From contig CACWIW010000028.1 in the NCBI GenBank assembly GCA_902761035.1, positions 1,558 through 65,557 on the forward strand: a stretch of DNA of 64,000 bases, in the 5' to 3' direction. The DNA comes from an uncultured bacterium. GTDB lineage: Bacteria > Verrucomicrobiota > Kiritimatiellia > RFP12 > UBA1067. Below the pieces are notes generated by a model. It made no database searches. It saw only the letters and a list, made by a program, of their open reading frames with translations, and was not told the DNA's origin. This document shows, one piece after another, positions 62,401 to 64,000 of the stretch. How positions within the stretch are numbered: position 1 is the first letter of the stretch; every line of letters begins with the position of its first letter. The translations under genes and the position numbers were made by a program.

Positions 62401-64000
62401 CAGCTCTGGGCGCGCGCCGCCGGCACGGCGACGATGCGGATGTTCTACCGCATGCAGGACGGCTTCGCTTTCCCGTCCCTCCCCCGCACGAGCTGGCCCA
62501 GCATTGGAACGGCGATCCCGTGGCTCTCTCTTCTCGGAGGATCGTCGTATTCCACCTCGGTGCTGTCCACGCAGCCCCATTCGTGGACTTGGCGCGTCGC
62601 GTGGCCGGAGTACGTCCCCGAGATGGAGATCGGGCGCACGCTCACCGTGGCGGCGTCGGGCCTACCTGAGGTGTGGAACGGCAAGTCCGTGGGCGTGGTG
62701 TGGCCGGCGACGGACGCCGCGCGCGATGCGACGGCCATGCTCTTCGACCCCACCGTTGCGCAGGCGAGCGGATTCCCGAAGACGACATACGCGACCGTGG
62801 CCGACGCGATCGCCGACCTCGGCATCAAGCAGGGCGCTGGCGGGAACGCGACGCTCCGCAAGGGGCGATGGACGTTCGACGGGCTACCTCCGTCGATCTC
62901 CAAGCGGTTCTATCTCGACACGACGGCGGACGTCACGCGCTGCCTGAAGCTCGAGGGCGAGATGGAGGACAATTCGGCGGGCGTCTCGCTCCTGCACGTG
63001 AACGTGCTGAACGACTCGGAGCGCGCGGTCCTCTCGTCGCTTCTCGACTCGACAGCCTCCACCGCCGGCAAGAAGGCATGGCGCACAGCCATCGCCGCGC
63101 TCGCGACGAAGTGCGTGAAGCCGAGTCCGCACGGCGCTGTGTCCGCGAACGAGGACCGCATCGTCTATTCGCCGCGCGACCACTACGCGCTCTTCACGAT
63201 GGGCGCGACGAACTACGTGACGCTCATCGAGAACGACTCCACGAACACGCTCATGAACGTCGCGCAGGGCGACCCGATCTCAATGCACCTCGTCAAGGTC
63301 GTCCCGAAGTACTACACGGGTCGCGTCGTCACGCGCGAGGACCCGCTCAACCTCCTCTCGCAGCAGCTTTCGATCATCTACGGCGAGGCGTTCGCCGGCG
63401 AGCCTGAGCAGTACGTGTTCGAATGGAAGAAGTGCCGCCCGCACGCGAACGGTACCGTGCCGACGGACTTCGACGGCGAGTACACGGCGAAGTTCGAGCC
63501 GACCGCCGGGCTCACGCGCTTCACGATCGGGCACCAGGGCGACACGCTCGAAAACATGGTGAACACCTACTATGCCGTCCGGTACCGCGCCAAAGACGCG
63601 AATTCGCCCGCCTACGCCGCGATGGGCGATGCATGGTCGGAGTGGACCAATCCGCCCGCGCTCGCGGAAGGGTGGGTGCAGCGCGTCCTCAACAACGTGA
63701 CGCCGTTCGCGCAGCGGATGCGCGACCTCGCGGAACACGAGGCCGAGACGCCCGTCTCCATGATCGTACAGGCGGGCAAGCCGTACGAGGGCGACGTGGC
63801 GCTCAACCAGGACAACCTGACGTCCATCGGCCTCATCCAGCTGTACGAGACGCTGCTCTCCAAGGCGGAGTCGATGTCGCTCCAGATGGGCATCGACGAC
63901 CCGGACGCGAACAAGCAGCTCCAGCTTGCCGTCGCCCGCCTCGCCGACCTCTACAACACGCTCGGCGACGAGGCGTACATCGACGCCCTGAACCCGACCA
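59485..64000 (+). CDS. Giant secreted protein (>1505 aa, continues beyond window) with a LamG/concanavalin-like domain
   Basis: Edge-truncated, so absent from the ORF track. MLSKKRMCALALMAASSAVLTAQA signal. The frame stays open to 64000. LamG-like block GGTVMFWVKPGEY...GWLHVAVCLSTTGTVVFVDGQSV...VGEVLFWNRALSADEI. Confidence 0.75.
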   Translation, partial: MLSKKRMCALALMAASSAVLTAQAENPTYVLGVPGAPTMYITSTAEDNPWLAKNNSYAAMSIAATTGGVSRVVAADAPRLELASAEAGFPFERAKPDYYLADVIEPPEGVDWTATYAAYLKRPEQERASFIFDDEGRRVFAAKGGTVIFTWALADGTSRRMTYTVSLSCSGRPRRIYWTDYPYNSPSINLTGKFVKFFGSDEILTIRYGSATNYTAGVSQIVTNKVVSGLYLDPSTSMLSAYGQLQGQVVMAYYDAGTFERLLHVQVVEVCRPQVNRLTGEIGRALKPDGRGYDTSGLRAQPTYVKPSDNRGDYYYQHQGSFSYSPKHGNVYPLRPTKDCPWKMEIYWMETDEMEVDWPFELDQYECDWPSDATVFVRGRGATAPGRPIYVPSEYTATLMSYQDPEGHARAVASDGTFSTLGEGYSLLKLVADDNVWFVPIHSILRTNTDYFTLESSEVRVGAELRLRGGSESGTAPGFSPQCNPSSPGYIYAAASDYVWNPNLYVAPQPDNMGSVSTTNATSSASSGDTNKYESVIYAVSALPTPASQWPKIEVWWNTTIQEDGMAKPLVIPTLPQVYSVRWPEPGETPQIVIASQLGSASESIFSHNMGLYLSETNSTAALPERKYFDANDGGTVMFWVKPGEYVPSGLSRSVVGFGFGAPREDLTVAFVDIYRRNGTTYLAFERYEDARHVDYADSVQLPGNAGWLHVAVCLSTTGTVVFVDGQSVYSGDGSTAGILSDVCSGAIGAMSVSTAFTRSGTTVGEVLFWNRALSADEIRAEMYKTHSGRENNLTGCFSFTDGKDLVVTGTDRRTFTEKVLGTVCTANGCLAEENGPPAIDKGMIDADADTVPRVYVQNDSGNVGYNPNEEHAIVRADSGGYVAWALRSDLNTDTSSAPGVLVEYVKGGRKAMQWFDVAVTNSVYPELAADCVAGKAFPGPHPIDFFDDPWCPENSWDEPVATAPAFRDRKNQLWARAAGTATMRMFYRMQDGFAFPSLPRTSWPSIGTAIPWLSLLGGSSYSTSVLSTQPHSWTWRVAWPEYVPEMEIGRTLTVAASGLPEVWNGKSVGVVWPATDAARDATAMLFDPTVAQASGFPKTTYATVADAIADLGIKQGAGGNATLRKGRWTFDGLPPSISKRFYLDTTADVTRCLKLEGEMEDNSAGVSLLHVNVLNDSERAVLSSLLDSTASTAGKKAWRTAIAALATKCVKPSPHGAVSANEDRIVYSPRDHYALFTMGATNYVTLIENDSTNTLMNVAQGDPISMHLVKVVPKYYTGRVVTREDPLNLLSQQLSIIYGEAFAGEPEQYVFEWKKCRPHANGTVPTDFDGEYTAKFEPTAGLTRFTIGHQGDTLENMVNTYYAVRYRAKDANSPAYAAMGDAWSEWTNPPALAEGWVQRVLNNVTPFAQRMRDLAEHEAETPVSMIVQAGKPYEGDVALNQDNLTSIGLIQLYETLLSKAESMSLQMGIDDPDANKQLQLAVARLADLYNTLGDEAYIDALNPT

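Overview
This is a 64-kb high-GC bacterial chromosomal window. It most likely comes from a PVC-superphylum organism, an inference from the DUF1080, SHD1, PATR-repeat, GxxExxY and type III glutamine synthetase genes. Housekeeping content: glpK-glpF, two exported glycan-degrading enzymes, tyrS, rtcR, speB, glnK-amt plus a porin, bioB, pdxST, glnN, purF, a Gfo/Idh/MocA oxidoreductase, NIF3 and tRNA-Leu(TAG). Accessory content falls into four blocks. (i) An ~11-kb island (12.3-23.5 kb) holds type III secretion-style effectors and CesT-like chaperones. It includes a full-length SopB/IpgD phosphoinositide phosphatase homologue, several large proteins of no family I recognise, and three copies of an hrp-box-like GTAACC-N16-GTAAAC element. 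(ii) An ~11.5-kb mosaic (25.5-37.1 kb) is bracketed by a duplicated amt 3' end. It holds decayed vapBC, hicAB, an SHD1-trypsin protease, an Xis-like HTH, a lysE duplication, a CsoR-permease pair, an Rpn-family nuclease and an M-R-M restriction-modification operon whose nuclease has a DUF3883-type PD-(D/E)XK domain. (iii) An IS4-family element with a 7-bp target duplication. (iv) A secreted-protein cluster after tRNA-Leu, with a phage-tail-collar protein and a >1500-aa LamG protein. Unusual DNA-level structure: 23-bp-phased arrays of a perfect 16-bp palindrome sit in inverted repeats bracketing 22.7 kb. A family of low-complexity hairpin repeats flanks a GxxExxY cassette and is also embedded in frame at several sites inside purF. 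The rtcB gene is reduced to a 103-codon in-frame relic next to an intact rtcR. All calls were made by eye from the sequence and ORF translations. No database search was possible, and start codons are best guesses.
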